DNA from: an uncultured Gemmatimonadaceae bacterium
GTDB taxonomy: Bacteria; Gemmatimonadota; Gemmatimonadetes; Gemmatimonadales; Gemmatimonadaceae
Assembly: GCA_963740355.1 (NCBI GenBank)
Contig: CAVUDW010000002.1
Location: forward strand, 1,376,001-1,440,000
Reading direction: 5' to 3'
DNA length: 64,000 nucleotides
A program made the translations under genes and the position numbers. Below, in pieces: positions 30,707-40,811 of this stretch (positions within the stretch are counted from its first letter, which is position 1; every line of letters starts with the position of its first letter). Below the pieces are notes generated by a model that was not told where the DNA came from, did no database searches, and saw nothing but the letters and a program-made list of their open reading frames with translations.

Positions 30707-32581
30707 GTGATTGCGCTCGCCAGAAAGTACCGACCGAAAAACTTCGCGCAGGTCGCGGTTCAGACGCACGTCTCGAACACGCTCAAGGGGGCCATTGCGC
30801 GCGATCGCGTCGCGCACGGCTACCTGCTCTGCGGGCCGCGCGGCACCGGCAAGACGACGCTGGCGCGTGTGCTGGCGATGGCGCTCAACTGCGAGAACCG
30901 GAAGCTCCGCGACGACGGTGAGCCATGTGGCACCTGCGGCGCCTGCACACGCATCTGGAGTGGTAGCGCCTCACTCGACGTGATCGAGATCGACGCGGCC
31001 TCCAACCGTGGCGTGGACGACGCGCGCGAACTGCGCGAACGTGCCATGTATGCGCCGTCCACCAGCGATGGCTATAAGGTCTACATCGTGGACGAAGCGC
31101 ACATGCTCACGCGTGAAGCGTGGAATGCGCTGCTGAAGATCCTCGAGGAGCCGCCACCGCGGGTGGTGTTCGTGTTCGCCACCACCGAACCGCAGAAGAT
31201 CGCGCAGACGGCAGCACCGGTACTGAGCCGACTGCAGCGCTTCGACTTGCGCCGGATCAACCCGGCCGAGATTCGTGACCGGCTCGCGTCTGTGCTCGAC
31301 GACGAAGGGGTCAGCTACGAGCCTGACGCGCTGCAGATGCTGGCGCGTGCCGCCGATGGGGGATTGCGTGATGCACTCTCGCTCACCGACCAGGTGCTGG
31401 CCTTCGGCGACGACTCCCGCCTGACGTCCGCACGTGTGCGTGATGCGCTGGGCCTGGTGCCGGAAGACGAGTTGCTGGCGCTGCTTTCGATCATAGGTGA
31501 ACGGCGCGCCGGTGATGTCTTCGGCGCTGTCGAACGGCTGACGAATCTCGGTGTCGACCTCGTGCTGCTGCTCACCGGTCTTGGAGACCTGGTGCGTGCC
31601 CAGCTGGCCATCGTGCTCGGCGGCGACCCTGGCGCTGTGTCGTCGTCGGTTCGGGAGCGGCTGACCGCCATGGCGCCGCAGTGGCGCGCGGGTGACCTGC
31701 TCCGTGTCCTGCAGTTGATGGCCGAGGTCGAGGCGCGACTGCGGAAGAGCAGCCAGCCGCAGTTGGTGTTCGAGACACTGTTGGTGCGCCTCGCGCTGAT
31801 GGATCGCACGATGGCGCTGGAAGAGGTGCTGGCAGGACTTGGTGATGTCGCGCCACGGTCGGTTGCGGCACCGCGGGGTGCGCCGCCGGTTGCAGCGAGG
31901 GCGGCTGCACCGCCGCCTCCGCGTTCGGCGCCTGCGGCCGACAAGTGGGCACCGCCGGCCGATAAGTGGTCGCAGCCGGCCCCGCCCGCGGAGCGACCGG
32001 CGTCGCCGGCATCGGGCACCCCATCGTCGAGCGCGACGGCGTCCGGGGCCTCTGAGCTGCCATCGGCGCTCGTGCTTCCGTCAGCGCCCCCGGCGACGCC
32101 CGCTGCAGCACCCGGGCCGGCGTCGGCGTCGGCACCGGCGAACAAGGCCGCGGCCAAATCGTCGGCGGCCGCGGCGCCGGCTGGTGGCCCCGTGATTCCC
32201 GACCTGCACCGCATCGTCGACGACTGGGACTCGGTCATCACGGCGCTGAAAGGGCAGGGACGGGGTATGCTGGCTGCGCTCCTCGCTCGGGTGCAGCCCA
32301 CGGCCGTCACCGCAGGCGGCCTGCTGACGCTGGAATGTGATGACCCGGGCGACTATCCCGTCGTGACCGATGGCCTGACGCAGGTCACGGATGCGCTCCG
32401 TGACGTGCTGCCCTCGATCACCCGGGTGCAGGTCAAGCCGCCTGCTGACGGCGTGCCCGACGCGCCTCGCGAGCGGCTGACCACGGAGGGTGTGAAGCAG
32501 GAGCGGGTGGCCGCGCTGTCGAAGCAGGATCCGATCCTCGGCGCCGCGGTCGAGGCGCTGGACCTGGAACTGATGGAGTAG
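30707..32581 (+). CDS. dnaX: DNA polymerase III subunit gamma/tau
   Basis: ALARKYRP, GPRGTGKTT, EIDAASNRGVDD, DEAHML, NALLKILEEPP; Pro/Ala-rich linker. Confidence 0.95.
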   Translation: MIALARKYRPKNFAQVAVQTHVSNTLKGAIARDRVAHGYLLCGPRGTGKTTLARVLAMALNCENRKLRDDGEPCGTCGACTRIWSGSASLDVIEIDAASNRGVDDARELRERAMYAPSTSDGYKVYIVDEAHMLTREAWNALLKILEEPPPRVVFVFATTEPQKIAQTAAPVLSRLQRFDLRRINPAEIRDRLASVLDDEGVSYEPDALQMLARAADGGLRDALSLTDQVLAFGDDSRLTSARVRDALGLVPEDELLALLSIIGERRAGDVFGAVERLTNLGVDLVLLLTGLGDLVRAQLAIVLGGDPGAVSSSVRERLTAMAPQWRAGDLLRVLQLMAEVEARLRKSSQPQLVFETLLVRLALMDRTMALEEVLAGLGDVAPRSVAAPRGAPPVAARAAAPPPPRSAPAADKWAPPADKWSQPAPPAERPASPASGTPSSSATASGASELPSALVLPSAPPATPAAAPGPASASAPANKAAAKSSAAAAPAGGPVIPDLHRIVDDWDSVITALKGQGRGMLAALLARVQPTAVTAGGLLTLECDDPGDYPVVTDGLTQVTDALRDVLPSITRVQVKPPADGVPDAPRERLTTEGVKQERVAALSKQDPILGAAVEALDLELME

Positions 32582-32678
32582 CGCCCATCTTGCGCACACG
32601 ATCGGCACGAGCAACTGCTGGAGTAGAGGCTGCTGCAACGGTAGCTTCTACAGACTATTTCCTTCGCCCCACCCGACG

Positions 32679-32999
32679 ATGGATTTCTTGAAGATGATGC
32701 AGCAGGCCCAGCAGATGCAGGGCAAGCTGGCTGAGCTGCAGGATGAACTCGCAAAGCGGACCGTCACCGGTGCCGCTGGCGGCGGCATGGTCACGGTCGA
32801 TGCCGACGGGAAAGGCACCGTCAAGCGCGTCAAGATCGATCCCAGCCTGATCGCCGGCGGCGATGTCGAGCTGCTGGAAGATCTGGTCACTGTCGCCATT
32901 GGCGACGCACAGCAGAAGGCGGCAGCCCTCGGCCAGGAAGAGATGGGACGCCTCGCTGGCGGACTGGGCATTCCGGGACTCAAGCTGCCGTTCATGTGA
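32679..32999 (+). CDS. ybaB: YbaB/EbfC nucleoid-associated protein
   Basis: QAQQMQ, GGGMVTV, ELLEDLV; dnaX-ybaB-recR synteny. Confidence 0.93.
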   Translation: MDFLKMMQQAQQMQGKLAELQDELAKRTVTGAAGGGMVTVDADGKGTVKRVKIDPSLIAGGDVELLEDLVTVAIGDAQQKAAALGQEEMGRLAGGLGIPGLKLPFM

Positions 33000-33002
33000 G
33001 CC

Positions 33003-33593
33003 GTGTCGGCGATTGACGAGTTGGCGAGCGAGCTCGCCCGACTCCCCGGGATCGGTCGCAAGACGGCGCTCCGGCTGACGTATCACCTCCTCAAGCAGCC
33101 AGCGGCCCAGTGCCGCCGGCTGGCTGATGCGTTGGTGGGATTGACCGAGCGTGTCCGTCAATGTGAGGTGTGCTTCAACCTCACCGAGGCCCCTCGCTGC
33201 GCCATCTGCTCCGACCCTCGACGTGACGGAAACACCATCTGCGCAGTCGAAGAGGCAGCCGATATCGGCGCGATCGAACGGGCAGCCGAATTCCGGGGCG
33301 TCTATCACGTCCTCGGAGGCCGGATCTCCCCGCTCGATGGTGTCGGTCCCGGTGACCTGACGATCGCCGCACTCGTTGACCGGGTGCGCCACGGTTCCGT
33401 CTCCGAAGTGATTCTCGCGACCAACCCCTCGATGGAAGGCGAAGCAACCGCAATCCACCTGCAGCGCCAACTGGCGCCGACGGGCGTGCGCATCACGCGC
33501 ATCGCCCGTGGATTGCCTGTTGGTGGCGACCTCGAGTACGCAGATGGTGTCACGATCGCACAGGCACTCTCCGCACGTCGGGAGATGGCGTGA
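33003..33593 (+). CDS. recR: recombination mediator RecR
   Basis: LPGIGRKTA, C4 Zn finger, YHVLGG, EGEATA, GLPVGGDLEYAD. Confidence 0.96.
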   Translation: MSAIDELASELARLPGIGRKTALRLTYHLLKQPAAQCRRLADALVGLTERVRQCEVCFNLTEAPRCAICSDPRRDGNTICAVEEAADIGAIERAAEFRGVYHVLGGRISPLDGVGPGDLTIAALVDRVRHGSVSEVILATNPSMEGEATAIHLQRQLAPTGVRITRIARGLPVGGDLEYADGVTIAQALSARREMA

Positions 33594-33889
33594 TGCGCAT
33601 CGTGCGACGTCGCGCACCGCGAGGTGCGATGCCCTACGTACTGGCAGGATTTGCAGGCGGCGTGATGATCGGTGCCCTCGCGTGGCGCCGACAGCAGGCT
33701 GCCGCGCATGATCAGCTCTTTGCGGCATCGGTTGTCCAGCGTGCAGCGGCCATTGGGTGGCTTGCACGCACACCGACCGTTGAAAACGCGCGATTGCTGC
33801 GCGACTACATTCGTTGGGAGCGTCGACCGACGCTCCGCCGGCGCGCTGAACGTGCGCTGGATCGACTCCTCCTCGCTCTCGAGTCGTGA
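33590..33889 (+). CDS. hypothetical protein with single TM
   Basis: Overlaps the recR stop and mglB start (GTGA), suggesting translational coupling. Confidence 0.65.
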   Translation: MMRIVRRRAPRGAMPYVLAGFAGGVMIGALAWRRQQAAAHDQLFAASVVQRAAAIGWLARTPTVENARLLRDYIRWERRPTLRRRAERALDRLLLALES

Positions 33890-34380
33890 GCGCCGATATG
33901 TCTCGCGCATCGCATTGGTCTTTCACGCAGGATGACGCTGACGCGATCACGCGCATCCTGTCGAATTTTTTGCAGGAGACGAACAGCCGCAGTGCGCTGC
34001 TCGTCGATCGCTCGGGGCAGCTGGTGACGACCGTCGGCGAACAGCCGCAGTTCGACGCCACCGCCTTCGCGACCCTCGCCGCGGCGGATTTCAGCGCCAA
34101 CGACCAATTGGCCAAGCTGATTGGCGAAACCGACTTCACCACGCTCTTCCATCAGGGCGAGCGTGACTCGATGTACGTGGCCGACGTCGCACGACGATTG
34201 ATTCTCGTCGTGCTGTTCGACCAGCGGACGACACTCGGGCTGGTGCGTCTGCGTCTGAAGGCCGCCGTCAACGACCTGAACTCGGTCTTTACACGGCCGC
34301 AGGAACCACAGCCCACCGATTTCGGTGCCTCTCACCTGCTCGCCGGTGCCGAAGACGACATCGACCGGCTCTTCAGCTAA
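33886..34380 (+). CDS. mglB: MglB roadblock/LC7 GTPase-activating protein
   Basis: LLVDRSGQL, LAKLIGE..F..LFHQGE, FDQRTTLGLVRLR, DDIDRLF. Confidence 0.92.
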   Translation: MSADMSRASHWSFTQDDADAITRILSNFLQETNSRSALLVDRSGQLVTTVGEQPQFDATAFATLAAADFSANDQLAKLIGETDFTTLFHQGERDSMYVADVARRLILVVLFDQRTTLGLVRLRLKAAVNDLNSVFTRPQEPQPTDFGASHLLAGAEDDIDRLFS

Positions 34381-34395
34381 TCCGACCCCCACGAC

Positions 34396-35082
34396 ATGTC
34401 GGTCATCAACTACGCGTCGCGCGAGATCAACTGCAAGATCGTCTACTACGGTCCGGGACTCGGCGGCAAGACCACCAATCTCGAACATGTCTACGCGCGC
34501 GTTGCGCCGGACACCCGTGGCAAGCTGATCTCGCTCGCCACCGAGAATGAACGCACCCTGTTCTTCGATTTCCTGCCTGTCGACCTGGGCACGATTCGCG
34601 GCTTCAAGACGCGTTTCCATCTCTACACCGTGCCCGGGCAGGTGTACTACAACGCCAGTCGCAAGCTCATCCTGAAGGGCGTGGATGGCGTGGTGTTCGT
34701 GGCCGACTCGCAGGTGGATCGACAGGAAGCGAACATCGAGGCGATGCAGAACCTGTACGACAACATGGCTGAGTACGGCTATGACATCACCCGGATGCCG
34801 TTCGTCATCCAGTACAACAAGCGCGACCTCCCCAACGCCTCGCCGATCCAGGACCTCGACGTCCTGCTCAACCCGGGCTTCGAAGTCGTGGACCCGGCCC
34901 GGCAGCGCCCCATGGAAGACCCGAACAACCCGGGCAAGCTGCTGGTCGAACAGCTCCCCACCGGGGAATGGATCGAGCGCGTCCCCAGCGTCGAGGCGGT
35001 GGCAGTAGCGGGAGACGGTGTCTTCGATACGTTGAAGGCTGTGAGCAAGCTGGTACTCAAGAGCCTCGCTTCCTCGAGCTGA
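34396..35082 (+). CDS. mglA: MglA small GTPase
   Basis: [46 protein letters not shown]. Confidence 0.95.
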   Translation: MSVINYASREINCKIVYYGPGLGGKTTNLEHVYARVAPDTRGKLISLATENERTLFFDFLPVDLGTIRGFKTRFHLYTVPGQVYYNASRKLILKGVDGVVFVADSQVDRQEANIEAMQNLYDNMAEYGYDITRMPFVIQYNKRDLPNASPIQDLDVLLNPGFEVVDPARQRPMEDPNNPGKLLVEQLPTGEWIERVPSVEAVAVAGDGVFDTLKAVSKLVLKSLASSS

Positions 35083-35097
35083 CACCGGCCTCGACCC

Positions 35098-35793
35098 GTG
35101 AACCTCCCGAACGCCCTCACTGTCGGACGAATTGCCATCACACCGCTGGTGGCCGTTCTTCCGTTCGTGAACGGATCGACCGTCCGCGCCATCGCGTTCG
35201 GCCTGTTCATCATTGCGGCCGTCACGGACTACGTCGATGGCTACCTGGCGCGGCGCGAGAACCTGATCACGGACCTCGGCAAGTGGCTCGATCCGCTGGC
35301 TGACAAGCTGCTGCTGCTCGGCACCTTCGTCCCGATGTACTACCTGATGCGCGGCGCCGGCGCCCCGATTCTCCAGCACGCCGGACAGTCGATTCCGCCG
35401 GACGGCCGATTCCCCACGCTGCTGGCGTCGATGTGGCTGTCGTTGCCGCTGTGGGTGGTGCTGGTCGTCCTCGGGCGCGAAGCCTTCATGACGGGCTTCC
35501 GCGAACTGGCCAAGCGCCGCGGCGTCGTGATCTCCTCCATCGGGCCCGCGAAGTGGAAGACCACCTTCCAGAGCGTGTGGATCGGTTCGGCCTACTGCTG
35601 GTTCTTCACCGCCACCCTCGCCCGTGAACGCGGCTGGGGCGGGAACTGGTGGTCCGCCTTCGCGCAGTTCAATGGCGCCGTCACCGCCGTCAGCATGTTC
35701 TGCGCGGTGGCGCTCACGCTCTGGTCGCTCGGACTCTACGTCCAGCGCTACGGCAGCATCGTTGCTGCCCCTGCCCGCGGCCACGCGGGATAA
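35098..35793 (+). CDS. pgsA: CDP-alcohol phosphatidyltransferase
   Basis: NLPNALTVGR, TDYVDGYLARR..ITDLGKWLDPLADK. Confidence 0.9.
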   Translation: MNLPNALTVGRIAITPLVAVLPFVNGSTVRAIAFGLFIIAAVTDYVDGYLARRENLITDLGKWLDPLADKLLLLGTFVPMYYLMRGAGAPILQHAGQSIPPDGRFPTLLASMWLSLPLWVVLVVLGREAFMTGFRELAKRRGVVISSIGPAKWKTTFQSVWIGSAYCWFFTATLARERGWGGNWWSAFAQFNGAVTAVSMFCAVALTLWSLGLYVQRYGSIVAAPARGHAG

Positions 35794-35810
35794 CTCCTGC
35801 ATCACAATTC

Positions 35811-37064
35811 ATGACCGACTCCGTCGAGATCGTCACCATCGGTGATGAGCTCCTGCTCGGCACGACCATCGACACCAACGCCGTCTTTCTCGCACGTGCG
35901 CTCGGTGAAATCGGTGTCCCGATCGCCCGTCGCGCCACCGTCGCCGACAATCCGGATGAGATCACCGACGCGGTGCGTCAGGCACTGGAGCGCACCGGCG
36001 GCGTGATCACGACCGGTGGGCTCGGTCCGACGGCCGATGACCTCACGCGCCCAGTGCTGGCGAAGCTGTTTGGCCGCGAACTGCATGAAGATCCGGCCAT
36101 CGTCGCATCGTTGCACGCGCTGTGGGCATCGCGTGGGCGTGGCGGCGCACTGCCGCCTTCGAACCTGCAGCAGGCTTTAGTGCCAGATGGTGCCGAAGTG
36201 CTGGCGAATGCGCAGGGCACCGCGCCCGGACTGCGCCTCACCGACGACAAGGGACGCTGGGTGATCATGTTGCCTGGCGTGCCGCGCGAGCTGCGGCACA
36301 TGACCACGGAGCACATCGTGCCCTGGCTCTCGTCACGCAGCAGCGGCACCGTCCTGCGCTCACGCTCAGTCCGCACCACCAGCATCGCCGAAAGTGCACT
36401 GGCGGAAAAGCTCGGACCGATGAAGCGCGAAGTGGAAGGCCTCCCGCTGGCCTACCTCCCCGGGCATGACGGTGTCGACCTGCGTGTCACCGCGCGTGGC
36501 TTGAGCGCCGAGGAATCGACGCGCCGGCTCGATGCTGCAGTGGCGCAGATTCGCGAGGCCGTTGGCATTCACGCCTACGCGACCGATGGCGTATCGATGG
36601 CGTCCGTCGTGCTCGATCTCTGCGTGGCGAGCGGTGACACCATCGCCGTCGCCGAGAGTTGCACGGGCGGCCTGCTCGGCGCGCGGCTGACCGAGGTGCC
36701 GGGGTCGAGTCGTGTGGTGTTGGGCGGCGTGATTGCCTATGCGAACTCGGTGAAGGAGCAGGAACTTGGTGTCTCTGCCGAGGACCTCGCGGTGCACGGA
36801 GCCGTGAGCGAGCCCGTCGCGGTACAGATGGCGCGTGGCGTGCGCGGTATGACCGGCGCCACGATCGGCGTCGGCATCACCGGAGTCGCCGGCCCCGATG
36901 GCGGCACCCCCGAGAAGCCCGTCGGCACCGTCTGGATCGCGGTCGATGTGCGCGGCGAAACGACGGCGCGGGTGGCGATCTACATCGGTGATCGAGCCGA
37001 GATCCGGCACCGGGCGACGCAGGTGGCGATGGACCTGATTCGTAGGGCGCTGCTCGAGGCGTGA
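35811..37064 (+). CDS. cinA: competence/damage-inducible protein CinA
   Basis: IGDELLLG..DTN, TGGLGPTADD, LPGVPRE, AESCTGG, GVAGPDGG..KPVGTV. Confidence 0.94.
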   Translation: MTDSVEIVTIGDELLLGTTIDTNAVFLARALGEIGVPIARRATVADNPDEITDAVRQALERTGGVITTGGLGPTADDLTRPVLAKLFGRELHEDPAIVASLHALWASRGRGGALPPSNLQQALVPDGAEVLANAQGTAPGLRLTDDKGRWVIMLPGVPRELRHMTTEHIVPWLSSRSSGTVLRSRSVRTTSIAESALAEKLGPMKREVEGLPLAYLPGHDGVDLRVTARGLSAEESTRRLDAAVAQIREAVGIHAYATDGVSMASVVLDLCVASGDTIAVAESCTGGLLGARLTEVPGSSRVVLGGVIAYANSVKEQELGVSAEDLAVHGAVSEPVAVQMARGVRGMTGATIGVGITGVAGPDGGTPEKPVGTVWIAVDVRGETTARVAIYIGDRAEIRHRATQVAMDLIRRALLEA

Positions 37065-37067
37065 GCG

Positions 37068-37543
37068 GGCGAGTGGGTGACTCCGTGTACGCGGAATTCT
37101 GGGCCTAAAGCGTTCGGGGGCAATGAGTTGCCATCCGATCAAGGGGTCGGAGATCTTGGTCGATCAAGGGGTCGGAGATCTTGGTCGGTGGTTTTTCCGA
37201 CGTAAGTCGTTGACGTGCCTGACGTTGCACCCCGATCAAGGGGTCGGAGATCTTGGTCGGCGCGAGGGTGACTTGGTGTACACGAAATTCTGGCGTTAAA
37301 GCGTTCGGGGGCAACGGGTTACCCTCCGATCAAGGGGTCGGAGATCTTGGTCGGCGCGAGGGTGACTTGGTGTACACGAAATTCTGGCGTTAAAGCGTTC
37401 GGGGGCAACGAGTTACCCTCCGATCAAGGGGTCGGAGATCTTGGTCGGCTGTTCCGCCGACGTAAGTATTTGACTTGCTTGGCTTTGCCTGGCAAATGAT
37501 GGTGATCAAGATCTCTGACCCCTTGATCTGACCCCTTGATCGG
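37068..37543. repeat. mosaic REP/BIME-like repeat cluster
   Basis: CGATCAAGGGGTCGGAGATCTTGGTCG at 37136, 37161, 37233, 37327, 37421; inverted variant at 37504-37543; 94-bp unit duplicated. Confidence 0.9.
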
Positions 37544-37728
37544 CCGCCGACGTGCTGACACAACGCGCTCGGGGCGGCGTACATTTGGCAGCAGTCACCA
37601 CCCGTGCCCTCAAACGCCTGCCAGAGCGGCAGACTCGAGGGGAACGCGGGTTGCAATACTCCCTGAAGCACCCTTGCTCGTGCCTGCCTGCGCCGACGCC
37701 GCGCGCCTGACCAATAGGAGTTTGCCCG

Positions 37729-38265
37729 ATGGAACAGAACACCGCCGCTTCCGATCCGCAGTCTGCGCCCGTCGAAGGCACCTCCGCTGGCGCTGAAGGT
37801 GCGGCGGCGGAACTGGAGACGCTGCGCGCGCAGGTCGACTCGGCGAACGACAAATACCTCCGGCTCGCCGCCGAGTACGACAACTTCCGCAAGCGCACGA
37901 TGAAGGAGCGGCAGGACGAGCGCGGGCGCGCACAGGCCGACCTGGTCAAGCTGTTGATGGACCCGCTCGACGACCTGACCCGGTTCGCGAACGTCGACGT
38001 CACCAGCGCCAGTGTGCCCATGATGGTCGAGGGCGCGGCGCTCGTCGCGCGGAAGGTGTTCAAGGAATTGACCGCCGGTGGCCTCACGGTGATCGATCCG
38101 GCCGATCAGGTCTTCGATCCAGCCATGCACGAAGCCGTCACGACCCAGCCCGCAGCCACGCCAGACCAGGACCACACCGTCGGCGCGGTTTATCAGGTCG
38201 GCTACATGTACAACGGTATGCTGCTCCGCCCGGCGCGTGTCGTCGTGCGACAGTGGAACGGTTGA
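37729..38265 (+). CDS. grpE: nucleotide exchange factor GrpE
   Basis: RLAAEYDNFRKR, FDPAMHEAV, GY..LLRPARVVV. Confidence 0.95.
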   Translation: MEQNTAASDPQSAPVEGTSAGAEGAAAELETLRAQVDSANDKYLRLAAEYDNFRKRTMKERQDERGRAQADLVKLLMDPLDDLTRFANVDVTSASVPMMVEGAALVARKVFKELTAGGLTVIDPADQVFDPAMHEAVTTQPAATPDQDHTVGAVYQVGYMYNGMLLRPARVVVRQWNG

Positions 38266-38291
38266 CCCAGATCTCGCGCTGACGCGCGCCC

Positions 38292-39440
38292 ATGGCACCC
38301 ACGAACGCAGACTTCTACGCAGTGCTCGGTGTCTCGTCCACGTCGACCGCGGATGAGATCAAGAAGCAGTACCGACGCCTTGCGAAAAAGTATCATCCCG
38401 ATTCGAACAAGTCCGACCCCAAGGCTGCCGAGCGCTTCAAGGAAATCTCCGAGGCCTACACGGTCCTCGGCGATGCCGACAAGCGCAAGCAGTACGATGA
38501 CATGCGCAAGTTCGGGTCGGTGGGCGGGTTCACCGAGGCGTGGCGCAACGCTGGCACCAGTGCACGCCGTCCAGGGCCAACGCCAGGGAGTAGTACCTCC
38601 ACTGGTGGCGCCGCCGGCAACCCACGATTCGATGACTTCGACATCGGTGGCCTCGGCGGATTGGGCGACCTGTTCGGCAGCGTCTTCGGTGGACGTGCGA
38701 AGGGCGCGCGCGCGGCAGAACGTGGGCAGGACGTCGAGCTGACGGTCGAGATTCCGTTCCGCACCGCTGCCACGGGTGGCAAGGTGCCGGTGGAACTCGA
38801 CCTCGTCGAGGAATGCCCTGTCTGCAAAGGAAACGGCGCCGCCCCGGGCGCACAGATCAAGACCTGCGGCGAGTGTAATGGGCGCGGGACGATCAGCTTC
38901 GGGCAGGGCGGCTTCGCTGTCAATCGGCCGTGCCCGGCCTGTCTCGGCCGCGGCACGATTCCGACCGAGAAGTGCGGCACCTGCGCCGGCGCCGGACAGG
39001 TGCGCTCACGTCGCAAGGTGAACATCACGGTGCCCAGCGGCGCGGAGAGTGGCTCGCGGGTACGTCTCAAGGAGCAGGGCTCTCGCGGACAGAATGGCGG
39101 GCCGACAGGTGATCTCATCATCACCTTCCAGGTCTTGCCCGATCGCGCCTACACCCGCGATGGGCTCGACTTGATACTTGGTGTGCCGATCAACATCGCG
39201 CAGGCCACACTCGGCTCGAAGATCCAGGTGAAGACGCTCGATGGCACGCGCGTGGCACTGCGCATTCCCGGTGGCACGCCGAGCGGGAAGCGATTCCGTG
39301 TGCGAGGGCAGGGTATCGAGAAGGAAGGGAAGCGTGGCGATCTGCTGGTCGACGTGCAGATCACCGTGCCGGAAAAGCTCAGTGAAGAACAGGAAAAGCT
39401 GATGCGCGAGTTCGCTGAGGCGGGCGGGCTGAAGTTCTGA
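38292..39440 (+). CDS. dnaJ: chaperone DnaJ
   Basis: J domain with HPD, G/F region, four CxxCxGxG repeats. Confidence 0.95.
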   Translation: MAPTNADFYAVLGVSSTSTADEIKKQYRRLAKKYHPDSNKSDPKAAERFKEISEAYTVLGDADKRKQYDDMRKFGSVGGFTEAWRNAGTSARRPGPTPGSSTSTGGAAGNPRFDDFDIGGLGGLGDLFGSVFGGRAKGARAAERGQDVELTVEIPFRTAATGGKVPVELDLVEECPVCKGNGAAPGAQIKTCGECNGRGTISFGQGGFAVNRPCPACLGRGTIPTEKCGTCAGAGQVRSRRKVNITVPSGAESGSRVRLKEQGSRGQNGGPTGDLIITFQVLPDRAYTRDGLDLILGVPINIAQATLGSKIQVKTLDGTRVALRIPGGTPSGKRFRVRGQGIEKEGKRGDLLVDVQITVPEKLSEEQEKLMREFAEAGGLKF

Positions 39441-39451
39441 GGCCCGCCGGG

Positions 39452-40090
39452 TTGGCCGCGGCGTGGACCACGCATCGCGCGGCGATTGAAGCGTTCGCGC
39501 ACGAGACCGGAAAACGTGCCGACGCCGCGCATGACATGGCGCATCTGTCGCGCGTCGTCTCGATGGCGTCTAGGCTCGCGGCCGAGGAAGGTGCGTCACT
39601 CGACATCGTGATGCCTGCCGCATGGCTGCACGACTGCGTGCATGTCCCCGTGACGTCACCGGACCGTCCGCGTGCTTCCGTGATGGCCGCGGACGCTGCG
39701 CTCGCGATGCTTGCCGACATCGGCTATCCCGCCGAGACGTTCGACGCCATCCATCACGCCATCGCCGCGCACAGCTTCAGCGCACGCATTGCGCCCACCA
39801 GCACGGAAGCGCGCGTGGTGCAGGATGCCGATCGCCTCGACGCGCTGGGCGCGATCGGCATTGCACGCTGCCTGATGCTCGGCGGACAGCTCGGTCGGGT
39901 GCTTTACGATGTGGACGATCCATTCGCGGAGCATCGCATGCCGGATGATCGCGTGTCGAGCATCGACCACTTCTTCACCAAGCTGCTGACGCTTGCCGGC
40001 ACGATGCAGACCGAATCCGGCCGCCGCGAAGCCGCTCGTCGCACGGATTACATGCGGGCCTACCTCGAGCAGCTGCGCAGCGAACTCTGA
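39452..40090 (+). CDS. HD domain phosphohydrolase (YedJ-like)
   Basis: AHDMAHLSRV, WLHD, QDADRLDALGAIG, HFFTKLL; start uncertain. Confidence 0.88.
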   Translation: MAAAWTTHRAAIEAFAHETGKRADAAHDMAHLSRVVSMASRLAAEEGASLDIVMPAAWLHDCVHVPVTSPDRPRASVMAADAALAMLADIGYPAETFDAIHHAIAAHSFSARIAPTSTEARVVQDADRLDALGAIGIARCLMLGGQLGRVLYDVDDPFAEHRMPDDRVSSIDHFFTKLLTLAGTMQTESGRREAARRTDYMRAYLEQLRSEL

Positions 40091-40193
40091 GGGCGTCCGC
40101 GTCATTGCGTCGCGGCAGTCAGCAGGTCTTCACACAATTACGCGGATTACCTGGCGCGGAGGACGCGGCAGCACTCCGTGTCGTCAGGCTCGG

Positions 40194-40628
40194 TCAGCGC
40201 ACGTCGAAGACGTACTTCTCCAACTGCTCTATCTGGGCCTCAGCCTGCGCCACCTCGAAGGCGAGGATGTCGCCGGAGGTCACCATGCCCACCAGGCCGC
40301 CGTCGTGGACCACCGGCAGGTGGCGAATGCGCCGCGTGCTCATCATCGCGCGACAGACTGGAATCTGCACATCGGCGGTGATCGTCATGCAGTCGGCGGT
40401 CATCACATCGCTCACGATCGTGGTGGCGGGATCGCGGCCCGCGGCGACCACGCGACGCATGATGTCACGTTCGGTGAAGATGCCCACCAGTGAGGTGCCA
40501 CGCATCACCACGACGCCGCCAATTCCCTTGTCGTTCATCACGTGCGCGGCTTCGAGCACGGTGTTCTCAGGCGTGACCGCGATGACTGCGGTGCCCTTTC
40601 TCGCGAGCAGGTCTTTGACACTGGACAT
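40194..40628 (-). CDS. CBS domain pair protein
   Basis: GIFTERD, IRHLPVV, GMVTSGD. Confidence 0.9.
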   Translation of the reverse strand: MSSVKDLLARKGTAVIAVTPENTVLEAAHVMNDKGIGGVVVMRGTSLVGIFTERDIMRRVVAAGRDPATTIVSDVMTADCMTITADVQIPVCRAMMSTRRIRHLPVVHDGGLVGMVTSGDILAFEVAQAEAQIEQLEKYVFDVR

Positions 40629-40811
40629 GCGATAGGCCTCGGGAGCGATTGTGCTGAGAGCTTACCCCGCGGCGCAGGCGGGCGCCAGCGGCGTCGCAGG
40701 CGCGTGGCACCGCAGCCGGCGCGCGCTGTATCATATGGTTCTCACTGGATACGCTGCGCCGTCGACCAGTCCGGTCTGGCGGCGCACATCAAATTGCTGA
40801 GGGTTTTGACG

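Noticed and set aside
31840..32200. Programmed frameshift or insertion in dnaX
   Set aside because: No A-AAA-AAG or poly-A slippery site; ordinary Pro/Ala linker
37136..37447. CRISPR array
   Set aside because: Spacers are irregular (none, about 45, 67, 67 nt) and homologous to each other; there is an inverted copy and no cas genes
37550..37728. CIRCE operator upstream of grpE
   Set aside because: No match to TTAGCACTC-N9-GAGTGCTAA with correct spacing
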